DNA of 63,425 nt, the filler included, from Sphacelaria rigidula (Eukaryota): the NCBI GenBank assembly GCA_964200075.2. It is 7 parts of 7 records of this genome, joined end to end, with 100 filler letters (N's around TTAATTAATTAA, not from the genome) between each part and the next. Parts side by side here need not be neighbours in the genome. Positions count along the whole stretch, not along the records: positions 18,153 to 27,127 come from CAXNAA020009603.1; positions 27,228 to 36,202 come from CAXNAA020009604.1; positions 36,303 to 45,277 come from CAXNAA020009605.1; 4 more parts are not named here. The stretch is one strand, 5' to 3'. Made by a program: the position numbers and the translations under genes. The first letter of the stretch is position 1. The number at the start of each line of letters is the position of its first letter. The notes under the pieces were generated by a model. It did not search any database and was not told the origin of the DNA. It worked only from the letters and a program-made list of their open reading frames with translations. Shown one piece after another: positions 24,967-39,119 of the stretch.

Positions 24967-26773
24967 CCTATCTTGTGAGCGCAACTGAATTCGGTTCGTA
25001 GTGGATCTGCCACGATGAGAGATCACCAGTTAGTCGATCGATCAATCATCCGACTAAGGGATGAATCAAAGCAGTGATTTTTTCGGGACGATCCTGCGAT
25101 TGCGTTTCTACCCGTCACAGAAACGGTGTGACCGAAGCTACAGTAATACACAAATAGCCGCCCGTTCTTGAGGTTCAAACAGGAGGGTGTACTCATAACC
25201 TTGCATGCCGTGGTCATAAGACCGTTGACCTCGCATCCTCACAAAGCCGGGATGCCGCACGCCGGGTTTTCGCCGGACCAGGATCGCACTCAATCACCAA
25301 GCGAGGGGCGCCGTGGTGTGTTCGGCGAGTCGCATGAATGGTGGGCTGCATCCTGCGAAGATTGTTCGGCCCGAAGCGTTCTGATTATCTTGGATATGGA
25401 CGACAGCCTTGAATGAGTCGCTTCGTTTTCTGGCGCCGCCACTTCCAGAGAAAGCCACGGGTTACACACTGCCTCCAGGGTGCCTCACCCTTCGAGCCCA
25501 CGTAGTACGACCATCCCTTTTTGCGCTGAGTTCAGGTTCTCCACCCCGCACCATATGATAAAGCTCGACCACCATCATGCTACCAAGAACGAAAACGCAC
25601 GCAAAAAAAAAAACGGCAACCTGTTTGCCTAGCTTACGCAATGAGTGGCATGCTTCGCAGCGTCGTTGCCGACCGACGCCAACCCTAAAAGAAGGATGTG
25701 TAAGCAGGAGGAGGGTAGGTCTTCGCGTTCACGTTGGAAAAGAAGGTAACAGCTCAAAAAATCGAAAAATTTAGAAAAAAAGAGTAGGGACGGGAGGAGG
25801 GTGGTACAAGGAGGCAGATGACTACTAGCCGCTTGATTTTAGTACGACTCTGGCAACTACTCGAGTTTAGCGTAGAATTTTTTCAGTAAGTGATTTCAGC
25901 GTAGTGCAATGACCACTTCATTTCAGTGCAGTGGAGGCAGTGTGTCGTCATCCCATCCATCCTGGATGCCAGTCTACAGCTTTCCAAGGGTAGGTCGAGT
26001 AGAGTATACTCAATTGCGGGGTATTTTGAATGTCGTACTTGAAGTAGACGAGTTGGGGTTTCGAGTTCACCACCTGAGCCACCGGGGCGACCGGCTCCAA
26101 TGGAGACACGAAATACATGTTTGTGGGGCTTAATCCCGAACTCGCACGATACAACGCCCTTCAATGGCCATGTTATGGCTGATGCTGACTAGACATAAAT
26201 ATCCTGGATAGAGATCTGAGGTGTGCTTTTGCACGAGAGAATACATCTACATGCGGTGCCGATATTTCTCGTGTCAAGGGTCAAACACGGTGTCAAATAT
26301 GTCTGATAACTCACATATCTAATCGGGGATTTCTGCATCTCCATACTGTACGGTGTGTGGTCTAATCTGAGCGATAAAAAAAAAAAAACGGCGGAAGGGT
26401 GGGATCTAACGGCTCACGCCCGCGGCGTGGACACAATAGATCATTTGAGGGGCATGGGTTAACACGACAAAATCGCTTCTATATTTCTTCAAAGCCGTCA
26501 CAAAACGCCTGACGAAAGCCCGGGTGCTACCACACCTGACGCAACGTCACAAGTGCGGCGAATGCAACACTGTTGCCAAAAACCTAGTACGGTACAATGG
26601 AACTCGCGCTGAAAAGTGTAGTCCCATGAAGTGCTGCACCGCACCATGGTGCGGTAGAAATCGATTGTCACCAGTTCGGGCCACCGTACAATTCTCAGTA
26701 ACTGAGGTATTCCGAGTACATTGCGTTCATGCCGGGCACTATCGTAATCTGGTGATACTCCAAGTGCATTGCA

Positions 26774-27028
26774 GAGTCATCCTACGATAGAGGGGGGAGT
26801 GTATTTTTGGCCACTTCTTTCCCGAAATTCCAAGTCAAATCGTCGTTGAATGCAGCAACGGTTGCTCGAACGAGCTTGGTAAAGATAAGCAACGCTCATT
26901 CATACCGATTGACACCGTTTTGAACCAAATACGAGCGCACCACGAGTGTGGCAGGTCGTCTGACACACTCATGAGCCTCGTTTTTTGTGCAATCAAATAC
27001 CCCCCCCCTCTCTATCGTAGGATGACTG
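26774..27028. mobile_element. MITE family B copy with TGCA TSD
   Basis: GAGTCATCCTACGATAG...CTATCGTAGGATGACTG; TGCA at 26770-26773 and 27029-27032; interior similar to 6213-6464. Confidence 0.88.
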
Positions 27029-29046
27029 TGCAGGCAAGTGGCACATGAGAGGGGGGGGGGGGGGGGGCACCTATTTGTTGGTTCCCTTATTCTTTTTACC
27101 ATTGACCCCGCCCCCCTTTCGGGGCGGNNNNNNNNNNNNNNNNNNNNNNNNNNNNNNNNNNNNNNNNNNNNTTAATTAATTAANNNNNNNNNNNNNNNNN
27201 NNNNNNNNNNNNNNNNNNNNNNNNNNNGGCAAATGTTTTTTTGTTTTTTCTTTTGCTGATTCGTATTCCACCCCCCCCCCCCCCCCCCGTCACCCTATCG
27301 TGGGATGACTTCGAGACGCCATCATTTGTTTGATGTCATGCATAACATGACCGTGTTCAAAACCAGAACAGCAGCTGCGTTTCACGATGGGGATTATTTC
27401 CTAGATTTCTATGATTTGACCCGCAGGGCGGACTGTTCGGTGAGTGGATCCCGTACATGAAGGCCAGCATCGTCGTACCAACGCCGTGTAATGTATGGAT
27501 ACCCATCTTGGATCTAAAACCCGCCTGGGATATCCATCTAGGAGCTTTGTCGGGGATGTCCATGTGGGATGTGGAATGCCATCTAGAACATCCATCTGGG
27601 GTGTAAACGTCCATCTGGGACATTGATTCCTACCCGGACACCTCTATCTGGGACGTCCATCGAGTAGGGACATCCATCTGACATGCCTATCTTGAGATTT
27701 TATGTCCTAGATGAACATCCACTCGGACGTGAACGTTCACGTCGAACATCTCACCGCCTTGAACATCTCACCTGCTGAAAAAACAATACGTCTATCGTCG
27801 ATTCCCTTTTCCAACCAGTTCACGCTCATAGCCGAGTCCATTCCGGATCTCCAACAGTAGCTCTAACCGTAACGTATGCCCGTCGATAACTTGTAGGCTA
27901 GTAGCCACACCACACATTGTTAGTCAGCGTGCGCTGGTAGAGCGCCGTGTATTGTCCGTTGGTGGGACATGCACCTGGTCTAGCGTACGCTGGTAAGAGC
28001 ACCCTGCGGCATGCGCTTATGACCAAACATCTGCATTAGCGCGCGCTAATCGAGCACAATGTAGGGTGCACTGATCACGGCTGGATTCTTTGGGGATGGT
28101 TACTATACCACAGTCGACTGAATGAATGAACTAACAGGTGGGTTGTATAGCTGCGTTCGCTCGAGGTGATGTAAGCTCGTGCTGTATACGCAGATATGGA
28201 CACCCCACAAGATATACTAGATGAGTACGAGGTCCCAGACAGATGTCCCATGAATATCTCCGATGAATACTCTAGATGGGTGTTATGTATCTCATGAATG
28301 TCTCAGATGAACGCCCATATCCAGGAGGCACATCCCAGGTCGAGCTCGCTCGACAACGCAAACCTGTGCCCGCAGAAACATTGCAGCCCCTGCTCGTGAG
28401 GGCCACATGGAATGTCGAGGTCCTTGAAGGTGGAAAGCATGCAGAGAAATTTACATGAATCCGCCGATTCAGGCAACCAAGCCAATGTAATCTCTGTTCT
28501 TCGGAGGCCAACTTTTGTAGCTCAGCCGGGTGTTGTAGGATTGAAACATTCGTGACGGCAGAGAGTTTCAACGAGGAAGAGCAAACACGTTTACTCAAAA
28601 TGAAGCAGTCGAACAGTCCGTTTATCATACGATACTCGCAGAGCACCAGGGAATCGTGTCTGGCGCGACAAAAATCAAATCGGTCTGATCTTGACCTGAA
28701 GGGCGGTGCATATATGCATGACAGCGCGATCTCCATCTTGTAGTACTCTGATGCGGGCAGGCAGGCATATCTAGAAGTCCACGGAGTCCACAAGAGTCAA
28801 GATTCAACTTTCCGCTTCTCCACCTTGTGTTCATTTTTCGCATGGTGATGACCTACTCCGCATGCTTATTGGTTTTACCAACGGGGCTGGCATATCATAT
28901 CGGGCGAATTATCGTGATGCTCCAGGGGTCGCTTACGATGCTACCGGTATATCGGTTGATCTAAAGATGTACTGTCACATTGAATAACATGCTAGTTCAA
29001 CATTCGTGCGCGATTGAATTTCTGCGCCCGGTGCACGAACTCCCAG

Positions 29047-32000
29047 GCTGCTCGAGGCCTCCATTACGTCCACAGCCTTCAAGTGTGCCACGGAGACATA
29101 AAGCCGTCTAACATCCTCGAGAACGCCGCCGGTCAGGCAAGTTGCTAGGAGTAGACAGCAACACGAAAGCCGAGATCACCCGAATGCAAACTCGCGCATC
29201 CGTACACTAGAGCCTTGCATAAAACTGGTCTGTCTGCTTGTCGCTGGAGGCGTACGAGGGAACGTCTTGACATCGTGTTCCGCTCAAACTCCTCAAGCCA
29301 TGAGGGAGAGGAAAATACCAAGCGCCGAGACTTGGAGCTCCGAGAGTCACCGAAATAAAGTGAAAGGTGTTCGACGCGATATAGTGACGGCGTAGTAGGT
29401 AAACATGCAAAGATTTCACACACTATGGTGTGCTGCTCTTGGATATTCAGCGGCGTACCTTGGTGAACATGCACACATTTGAAGCTCACCAAGTCATTGG
29501 TTTCGCAGAACATACTACCGTGCGCATTTTTTCCACGGGTGAGCGTGTTGCCCTACGAATCCGAGGTGTCGTACCCGCCCTTGTTGACAAGTAACTGATC
29601 TTTGCCTTGACGTCACTGCCAACAGTGTTGTGTCAGGCACATGATAACGAGACTATTGATTTGCTTCCCCAATTGTGTTCATTCTATGACCTTCTCGGTA
29701 TCCTGTTATGCATCTGTGTGAGCGTCCAATCTCACACATTATAACTACCTATACGACACGTTTCCATCGTCTAGGTTACGTTCTACAGCGAGTCGTGTTC
29801 GCTAGCGGTGCGGGGTTGTTTCATTCAATGCACAACGCTCTTGTTACCGGGGCTCCAAAGACACCACGAGAACGTTCTGCCAGTTCTACACGTTCCCGCA
29901 CGTGAACCGCGCGCGTTTACACAAACGGCGAATAGTGTAGCCAGCATTTGGCCAGCCGCATCTTGTACGCCACCGACGAATAAGATATTAGGTAGTGATT
30001 CACGCAGAAGGCGATTTCGACACCTTGGGTGCTAGAGCAGACGATGCATGACAAAGTTGAGCTGTCAACTTGTATCAATGTCAGGCAATCGCCGCAGATG
30101 GATATTTTTAACATATCGCAGACGTGGTGCTACGAGATAAACCGTAGCTACACCCACCCATACACAGGTGAAAATAGCAGATTTCGGGTCGTGTGTGCTG
30201 GTCAACCGCGTGGACCCTGGGTCGGAAGACCGCCGTCGACATACCGTCATTGGCACCGAAGGATTAAATGACGTGAACGTCAGTGCTGGCAATAACCCCG
30301 CTCGGTGCGCCAGCGATATGAACGAGGGCAGGGCCTTACACGAGGTACTCTACCATTGCGGTTCCTGTTGAAGATATGAGTGTGCTTCATTAATCTTCCG
30401 AAGAGCGGAATGTTTTATTCAGCGACCGGGTGTTTTTTGTTCACGACGTTTAGGTATCCACAACAACAGGAGAAACTCGAGGACCGCCCTCTACGGACTC
30501 CGTGGAAATCGATGTGTACAACTTTCTGTTTTGAGAGATGGCCACGTGAGCTTTGCCGTCATGGCGCATTTTACTTTTATGAGAGGGAGGGAGTGCGAGA
30601 GAGAAACTGCAAGAAGCGTACAAAATGGGATAACTGACTCATGCAGCATTGTGGTTCACCTTCGACGGATCATTATTTGGTCGCGTGATTTGAATTTCCC
30701 GAGGGTTCCAATGGAGGTACATACTGTAGCTCTACATACCTTCTTGAAACTTGATCCTCACTCAGCGTGTGAGCGCTACCTGCTACGTTGATACCCGCGG
30801 CTAGTGGGTACGTCGTATAGCTTCATTTGAGGACAAGACACCCTCCAGCAGGTCTTTCCTCCTTCACCGTTTTCTGGAGGCAAGTTGCTGCACTGTTCAG
30901 AAAGGCCGTACAAACCTAGAGGCATGGTACAACATCTGCTTTATGGCCAATATACCGGCGGTACTAGCACCGTCGTCCGTACCACGTACAGCCGACAGCG
31001 GTTTCGTACACAATCAAATGTCATGGCCGCGCATGCGCAGGGGTTTGAAGTGACATCAGAGTCGAGCACGTCTCCGTCTCCAATTTAGTTCAAAATTTTG
31101 TATGCTACGCCAGGTAATCGATCTTTGGCTTCGAATTGTAAAGAATCTTACGTGCTTGAGGGCGAAAACACTTAAAATTTAGCGCTGCAGTAGTAGCACC
31201 GCCGGTTACAGCAGGAAACCACACCTTTGGACGAGGCACGTGCGCGGGTTTGAGATTTTCGGAACAAGATCCCAATGAGATGCCTTCCACGATGCCTTCG
31301 CACACACTGGATGAAATATGATGGAGATGGGCGTGCCGGGGTAATCCACACACACAAATCATGCTGCTTGACAAGGTTGTTTCACCGAAAGGGAATAGAC
31401 AGAGAACGATTCAGCGGCCCACTATGACGTATCCCGTTCAACGTTTCCTCAGGCATCCCCCTTTTTTTTACACGTCAGTGCGCAGTTACCCAGTGCTGTG
31501 GCATCAGTTCATGTGGAGTGTACGCATCAACTTCAGGGATGCACTACCTACGCTCTCATCCTGTCCACATTCATTTCTTCGTTCATATTCCTTGTTACCC
31601 CCTCTCCCACCCTTCCTGCACCCAAACATTCACCGTTGCTTCGCGTGGAACAGGCGCGACGAAATTCAGAGCGAAATCTGGCAGGTACGCCGGGCTTTCA
31701 AGCTCCTGAACTGTTCGGGGACGATTCGACGTCTCGGGTGTCCTTCGCCAGTGATGTGTGGTCCCTCGGCGTGACGCTGTACCAGATGGTGGTGGGCCGG
31801 ATGCCGTTTTACGGACAATCGTGAGCTTTCTGAATTGATTGATTGATTCATTGATGCAAGAAATGTATTCGACTAATTGATTTGACTGGTTGATCTGGCC
31901 GATCGCTTCGGTGGCTCAGTTGGCAACCTCGAGACCTTCTGTCGGTTGGGTCATGAGTTCAAATCTAGGAGCGATCTGGGATTTTTTCCCACACCATGTT

Positions 32001-34773
32001 CAACGGTGGAGAGCGACTACGTTGTGGGTACACAAAATTCGACTCAAAGGTCGACGAAGGGAAGGGACTGCTGAACACCTCTCGCGATAAAAATTGAAGG
32101 CAAGCACCGCAGAAGGAAGGTGGGGTACTGGAAACAAATTAAAAAAAAGAACCTCCTGTGTTGACCCTCCTCCTGTGTGACCCTGGCTGGTGCGCCCACA
32201 TGTACCGAAAGGTGCAAACTGGCGTCCAGAACAGAAGGGACGAGAACACACGCACACATTCCGGCACATTAGCTGACTCGCCGGGAAATTCAGATGTCGT
32301 CACAACATGGACGTTCCCAACGTATAAATTGAAAATGAAACGTGCTGGAGGAAGCTCGGGAAACGGGAAATATAAACAGAAAGAAGGGGGAGTAGTGCAG
32401 GCTGCAAAGTGAAAACAAACACGAACAGACTCACACAGAGAGACACAAGCGAGAGACGTGTCTAGTACCGGTCCCGAAGGAACAAACTCGGCAGATCTCT
32501 GTGGAGTAGCTTCAGGTGAGAAGACCGTCGAAAACAGAATGCAACAACACAAGACAGGGTCATGGAGGTAGACTGCGACTTAGACATCCCAGGTCAACAC
32601 GGCTCAAACGCCTAAGTAACACACCATTTGTGTGGGCAGGAACTCTTGCGCATGAGCTCTGCAGGGGCGGGACAAGAAGCGCTAGCACGGCAAAAAAACA
32701 AAAACGAAAAAAAGAGGCAAGGGAAGAAGGAGAAACGAACAAGAGGGCCGACGGCGAGAAGGGAGGAAGAAAAACAAAAGGACAGATAGAGAGCAGAAGA
32801 TGAAGAAATGAAGAAAGAAAGACCAGGAATTAGAGCCAGAGACAAGTCGAAACATACATGTAAAGTCATGCTAAGACAAGGGAAGAGGGGAGGGGCGAGC
32901 GTACTCATTTGTTGCTTGCCTTAGTCGTTCGACCATTGACCACGCATCCCTTTCGAGACGGNNNNNNNNNNGGGGGGGGCTGTCTTGGTTGTTGGTGGCG
33001 TGAGGGAGTGAGCCAGGGACCACGCATCCGGTGGGGGGGGGGGGGGGGGGGGGGGGAAGTGATTCCACGAACAAGGACCTATCGGGGAGGCAGCGGTGCG
33101 CTTGTGTTTTGGGGTTAAAGTGGTCCCCCAAGCAGTATGAATGAGCGTTACGTACCGGTAACACTTGCCTTCGAACAGTCGTTGCTACTGTCACCGACGA
33201 TTTGAAGTGGAATTTTGTGGAAGTACTGCCCCCAAATACCCCCCTCCCCTATCGTAGCATGTCTCTGAACAGCAACGCAGCTCGGGGACATCGTTAAAGT
33301 GGTAGGTGAAGGCAATAAGTCAAGACCGACAGGATAAGACAAGAGCATATCATGTTCCCGAGGTGCTTCAGCTATGGACACAGGATAGACGTGCCCCGAA
33401 TAAAACGAAACGTGAACCCTCGCTGGGGGAAACTCGAGAAAAGGAGGAGGAGACGGAGAAAGGGGCATACAGCCAATAGAGCGAATGAAGCAAAACTATG
33501 AGAGATGAAAGCAGAGAAAAACGGAAGGAGAGGGAGAGGAAACGAAAATGAAGGCACATAGAGCCGGTGACGGGGAATGCAGACAATGTGATGACCGCCT
33601 AAAAGAAGAAGAAGAAAAAAATGAAAAATGCAAAAGAAACGGTCAGCCCCTACAACATGATTTCCGGTGTAAAGGCCGTGTGAGGAGGAACAAAAAGCAT
33701 GTCCCCATAAATGTCCTGCAGACTCCTCAGGGACATAAATTTGGACCCAGACCAAGAGAGATTATATATGTTAGCCCAGTTTGCAGTGAGAACATGTCGT
33801 TGGAAAGCGCTGCTCCCAACATATCGATGTATTTGATGCGCATGGCATCGTCATTTCTCACGAACGTACCATACTCTAGGTATTCATTCTCCGGTACTCA
33901 CGTCCCGTGTGCTCACCGTACTTCAGATGTTCTCCCAACCGTCGAGTACAGGTGAAGCCAATCTTCAAACGAAGCATTGTGTACATGACTGATGGCGTTA
34001 CACAAGCCGACCCAGTGTAGGTTTTTCGCATGTGATCCGGTTTCAATGGGGGTACGTGACTTCTCCGCCGTCTCTCGCCCAACGTCCACTAAAATAGCGG
34101 CCATGATGGACAACGTGAGGTTGAAGGTGCAGATTTGCGCTCAAAAATATGTATAGATTTCTTTATTGGTCTGAATTAGCCAGTTTCCATGGTCTACTCC
34201 AAACGAGCCCTGATTGCGTCTACTCTACCTGATCCTTCCTGTTTCCCGTGATCTCTGCCCTTTCCCCTCCCTTCCGCTTATTTTCTGTGCCGGATTGGAT
34301 TATACGCACATAGCCGAAGTCAGAAAAGGTACTCCGTCATTTTTCCTTTTTCACGTGATGAGCACCACCACTCGCAAAAAACCTTTTCCCCCAGGAGCAA
34401 GCTCTGTAGGTGCTGAGCCGTCATCCAGCGGAAGTAATTCGCACTTCCCCTTTGATGCTCAGGGAACAACGCCCTGTTGGCAGCTGCCCAGACGTCATAA
34501 TAGGTCTGGCTTCTGCATACGTTGTATTGTGTCCACGGACAGGTTTGACTAAGCAACGGCCGTGTCCGCATATTTCGAGGTTCAGCAGCCTGTGTGTGTG
34601 TGCGTTGACCGTTCTCACACGATCATATCACTACTGTACCCTCTCCCCGTACCGTCGACACGAACACCCTGCCGCGGCAGATATCGCGCTCTAATGGCGG
34701 CAATCAAGATGAAGCCGCTGACATTTCCCGACGGCTGCCACGTGGAGCCATTCTTGATCAACTTACTCAGCAG
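29047..34773 (+). CDS. Partial Ser/Thr kinase, CaMKK/GRIK(SnAK)-like; exons 29047-29136, 30168-30344, 31654-31820, 34681-34773
   Basis: Phase-consistent splicing gives [28 protein letters not shown]...|..[30 protein letters not shown]|..KPLTFP..LINLLS (subdomains VIa-X). The family call is an inference. Confidence 0.88.
31898..32258 (+). mobile_element. tRNA-derived SINE copy in a kinase intron
   Basis: GGTGGCTCAGTTGG...GAGTTCAAATC; body collinear with 19346-19704. Confidence 0.85.
32880..32961 (-). mobile_element. C-tract LINE 3' tail copy
   Basis: CGTACTCATTTGTTGCTTGCCTTAGTCG...CCCTTTCGAGACGG with G-rich flanks on the + strand. Confidence 0.8.
33032..33265 (-). mobile_element. MITE family B partial copy
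   Basis: Ends CCCCTATCGTAGCATGTCTC; interior is the reverse complement of the 6213 copy. Confidence 0.7.
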
Positions 34774-35015
34774 GTCGGTAGATGATGCGCACGGTTGGTG
34801 TCACCTACCTCGTACAAGTACGCGGAGCGACCTAATCCGAATTCGTGGCACGTCCAAGTTTAATGGCATTCTTTCAGCCCAAAGAATGCACAGCACCATT
34901 CACAGCGCAACCCGTTTTGACAAGGGGCGCTGGTTACACTATTGTCCTCGAGTGTATTACATATTTCATCGTGAAACGTCGTGCTAATCCTCCGAGGTAG
35001 TAGTGTATATCCCAT

Positions 35016-35351
35016 TGTGCGAGTGTGTGTGTATCTGTATGTGTGCGGTGTCATCCCATCTGTTGTGGACGCCAGTCTAAACCTTCTGATATATGCGGGC
35101 ACATCAGCTGGGGTCACACAGGAGGAAGGCCAAGGCAAAATTTTGTTGTCTTTGTTTTTGCACCCCACCTTCCTTTTGCGGCGGTCCCTTACCCTCGTCG
35201 ACCTCGAAGTCGAGGTTTCTGTACCCACGACACAGTCCCTCTCCACACTTGGGCATGGTGTGAGAAAAAATCCCAGATCCCTCTGAGATCTCACACGTCC
35301 CAACCGCCAGAAGGTTTTGGGAAAACTAACTTAGCCACCGGGACGACCGAC
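35016..35351 (-). mobile_element. tRNA-derived SINE copy
   Basis: Reverse-complement similarity to 19346-19704, with a (GT)n end. Confidence 0.75.
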
Positions 35352-36302
35352 GATACCACGTCGACTCTGTATATCATATGATAGTTATGCAAACTCACCT
35401 CAGGCATCGTGAAATTCAGGTGTCATGGACACCATCAGTAGTACCGGTCGGTCAACGTCTAGAGCTACGTAGTGCAATCAGAAATCCTCGTCAGCATATA
35501 TATTCAGTGGTCTATCCCGTTTGAGAGGGCCTGCTTGTCATGGTTATTGCTGATAATTTGCCCTCGTGCAGGTATATTTCTCCCGGCGGATTTGGTTGAC
35601 ACAAGGGTACAAGGATTCACACAACTTTGAATAGAGATCAGGAGAAGCTAGAAGCTACATACGAGAGAGTAAAAAACAAAATGAACTGGGGTCCCTCCAG
35701 ACGTCACGAAGCTGTGGGGGAAGGAGAGTTCTAAGCGTAAGGAATACTCAGTCTCTCGCTGTCCGAATCCAGAATACATATTTTCGAACATTTACAACAC
35801 TTTATCGGCAGGTGCTCTGGCGTGTGCGCAGTAACGCCAGTACGCGCCTTTAACATCTTCTGCCGTCTACTAACGCGTAAGCGGAGGAGACATAGCCGGC
35901 TAGTTGATCGCCAGCTCTTCCCGAGGGATTTCCCATTAGACCGTGAGATACACTATATTGACTTGTGGGGTTCAATCGTGCGCAAGAATATTTGCCGGTT
36001 GTATATTAGGATCTCGATTCTGCTCGCCACGTAAACACCCCACCCTCTGGATCGTAACGTTCAACTACACTGCCTCCTTCCCCCCCAACCCATGGACTGG
36101 TCATGAGGCAGTGCAAAAGCCGTGGCTGTCTCTGGAAGTGGCGATACCACAGAATAAAGCAACTCATTGTTGGCTGCCATCCAAATGTAAGATAATCAGT
36201 AGNNNNNNNNNNNNNNNNNNNNNNNNNNNNNNNNNNNNNNNNNNNNTTAATTAATTAANNNNNNNNNNNNNNNNNNNNNNNNNNNNNNNNNNNNNNNNNN
36301 NN

Positions 36303-36611
36303 TTCCCTTACCTAAATTCATGACGAATGACTTTCATATGGACCACCCCATCCCTCCCGACCTCCCTAAAACTATTTCGGGGGTTTTATAGCCTTCCATT
36401 CCCCCAAGGGTATGTGCGCGAAAGCACGATTTTGGGGACACAAAACGTCCTCTTTGACCTCAAAAATCGAGGCAAAAATGTGCTGTCGCACATACCCTTT
36501 GAGGGAATGGAAGGCTACAAACCCCCCGAAATAGTGAAATAGTTTTAGGGAGGTCGGAAGGGATGAGGTGGTCCATATGAAAGCCATTCGTCATGAAATT
36601 AGGACAGGGAA
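36303..36611. mobile_element. Foldback MITE at contig start
   Basis: CATGACGAATGACTTTCATATGGACCACC is mirrored by GGTGGTCCATATGAAAGCCATTCGTCATG; arms about 125 bp. Confidence 0.8.
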
Positions 36612-36759
36612 AGCACGGCTTTTGGGTTGAACCTCATTTTTTTTTCAACCCCATTTTCGAGAATGCACTGTTAAGTGATGATATCGCGTACTTTCCAACA
36701 CACGCCAAGTTTTGGCTGTCACACATTTATTCACAGACCATGGTCACTAGAGTTTCCAG

Positions 36760-37135
36760 CGTGTTGTATTGTGTGCCATCATCTCACTTTTATAAGGCCA
36801 GTCTACACCTACCTTTCGGTACATACAGTATGTGGGCGCATTAGCCGAGGTCACACAGGAGGAACAAGGCCAATACACGAGTGTTTTACCTTTTTCTTTG
36901 ATTTTAGTCCTCAACCCTCCGCGGTGCTTGCCTTCTTTTTTATAGCGAGAGGGATCCAACGCCCCCTTTCCCTCATCAACCGTGATGTCGAATTTTGTGT
37001 ACTCATGACATCGTCACCCTCCACTGTACTGGGTATGGTTTGAGAAAAAATATCCTAATATCGTGTGACTGCACCGGAATCCATAACCCAACCGTCAGTA
37101 GTTTCGACGTTACCGACTGAGCCATCAGGCCGACG
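36760..37135 (-). mobile_element. Diverged tRNA-derived SINE copy
   Basis: GCCAGTCTACACC..TTTCGG..ATGTGGGCGCA..GGTCACACAGGAGGAA and CTGAGCCA motifs. Confidence 0.7.
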
Positions 37136-37413
37136 GGTGTAATACCGCGTGTTGAACTTCCAAAACCTCACGTGCGCAGGAGAGTTCACCGCTTGGACAT
37201 TTGAATTTAGTGTGGTGTAAAGCCAGATCGTTAATGGGGGTGCTGTGCTCCTGGCGTGCTCCCACAGTACAAACTGTATCGTGCGCAGAACGCGTTTTTG
37301 TCTAAATCCGCGCCGATTTGAGGTCTGGCAACGCACACTTTGCGTGGGAAACATTTTGTACCCCCCTTACCCGAGGATTCTCAGTATGCCTTCGTTAGGG
37401 TTGGGGTTAGACC

Positions 37414-37716
37414 GTCTTGTATGGCAGCCAATCCGTGTTTGTACAAATATGAGGATTTCAGCCCGTTTACATCCGATTTTGCCCGGTGGATTGATTTTTC
37501 GGATCCCAGTCTCGCCCCAGTCCGTTGGGCGATGTTTTCCGCCTATCTCTGAGGAAACCAGATCAATTCTCCGATTCTCTAGACGCTGATTTTTGGTTCA
37601 TCACATTTCTGCTCAGATCGGGAGACTCCCGCATCTCCCCCGAATCTGGGTCGGGGCTTGTAGACGGGCTGGAATCCTCATATTTGTACAAATACGGGTT
37701 GGTTGTTATACAATAC
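37414..37716. mobile_element. MITE with ~55-bp imperfect TIRs
   Basis: TTTGTACAAATATGAGGATT is mirrored by AATCCTCATATTTGTACAAA. Confidence 0.75.
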
Positions 37717-38299
37717 ACAATACTTGTCTTATTGGAGAAACTTCCCAGAGGTATCGAGTGATGCGCTAACCTCTACGTACGTCCTACAAAACATGCTTTT
37801 GCATATTTTTGTTGAAAACCACGTATCCATCCCAGATTACAAACCATGAAGATCCGTGGTCAACGGTGCAGTGAGCTCCATGTACGTGGGTGTGCAGCGT
37901 GTGTGAGACGACAATACATAAAGAAGACCCCAAGATGCATGTAACATGTGAGTCACTAAGCGTTTTCACTTTGAGTCACCGCACCCAGTTCAGCTAAAGG
38001 GTTCGAAAAGAAAGCTTGTCATTTCGCTATATCGTCACCGTCGGCACTTTCGAGTTTGCGGTGTAATGCCCACAGCAGGCCGTCTGGGCATCGGCAGTCG
38101 TATCGTTGTGTGATAATTGCGCTATGTCTCTTTTACAGGGCAGAAGAGATACACGCCCGTAGTGCTGGCGGTGAGCGTAACGCAGTATACCTACACAGTA
38201 CAGATCAGTATAATTCAGTGCGGTACAGGTGTAAGATGCGGAGGAAGAAACACTACGCGGGCGGAGAGGATTTGTGTGTCAGTGCTCTCTCTCAGCGAT

Positions 38300-38331
<32 letters not shown>

Positions 38332-39119
38332 GTATAAGCAGTGCGGAAAAATGGCCTCACATTGTACAGACCACCGTATTATAGCACAGTCAGTGTAGAG
38401 TAGCATTCTCCTGTCGTGGACCCAATGAGCAAGCACTACCTCAACACCACAGGCTTGTAACAGTCCAGTAGTAGAAAGGGGAGATTCTCATCTCGCCACA
38501 GACGAACCTACGCGATGACGTCGCACGAGTGGTCTTCTTGATTGATTTGGTTCTGAAACTGGACAAAGGAAGGCAATATGCCGTATGCATCCCCACCTAC
38601 TACAGCGAGCAGTCACAGTTTGAAGGTTAACTAATGCCATGCTGCAGTTGCAGGTTTATAAATGCCATGCTGCGGTACGAGAACCACCGTCATCGTAGTT
38701 GTTGCCATCATATCTGCTTACTCTCAACAACTCGAGAGAGTTCGCGTTTTGCGCTGTAAACGTCCGGAGCTTCTCGCGTTGCGTGCTAGCTACAAGCGGT
38801 CGTCGGTCACTACAAACGGCGGAGCTCTGTTTTTTGTGCCTCCACATATAAATACTGTACACCGCGGAAACCATTCCGATGCGGTACGCAGACTAGACAC
38901 AAGCTGCCATTTGACGAGTACTTCGATCTGATATGTGCGGTACCGTGGAGCCACCATTGATGAAAGTCCCACGTAGGTGTACCATGATATATGTGTTGTC
39001 TGACTTTTGCCCACGACACCTCGTCTCCTACTTGTTGAAGCACCTTTCTCACTCGCGCGTGCGCGCGCTCACTCCACTCCCCTTGTCTTTGAAACAGAGT
39101 TGCTGACTGGTGAGTAGCG

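Noticed and set aside
33760-34110. Possible tyrosine-recombinase retroelement remnant (and a possible LINE endonuclease remnant at ~48500-48900)
   Set aside because: The motifs are too degraded to support by eye.
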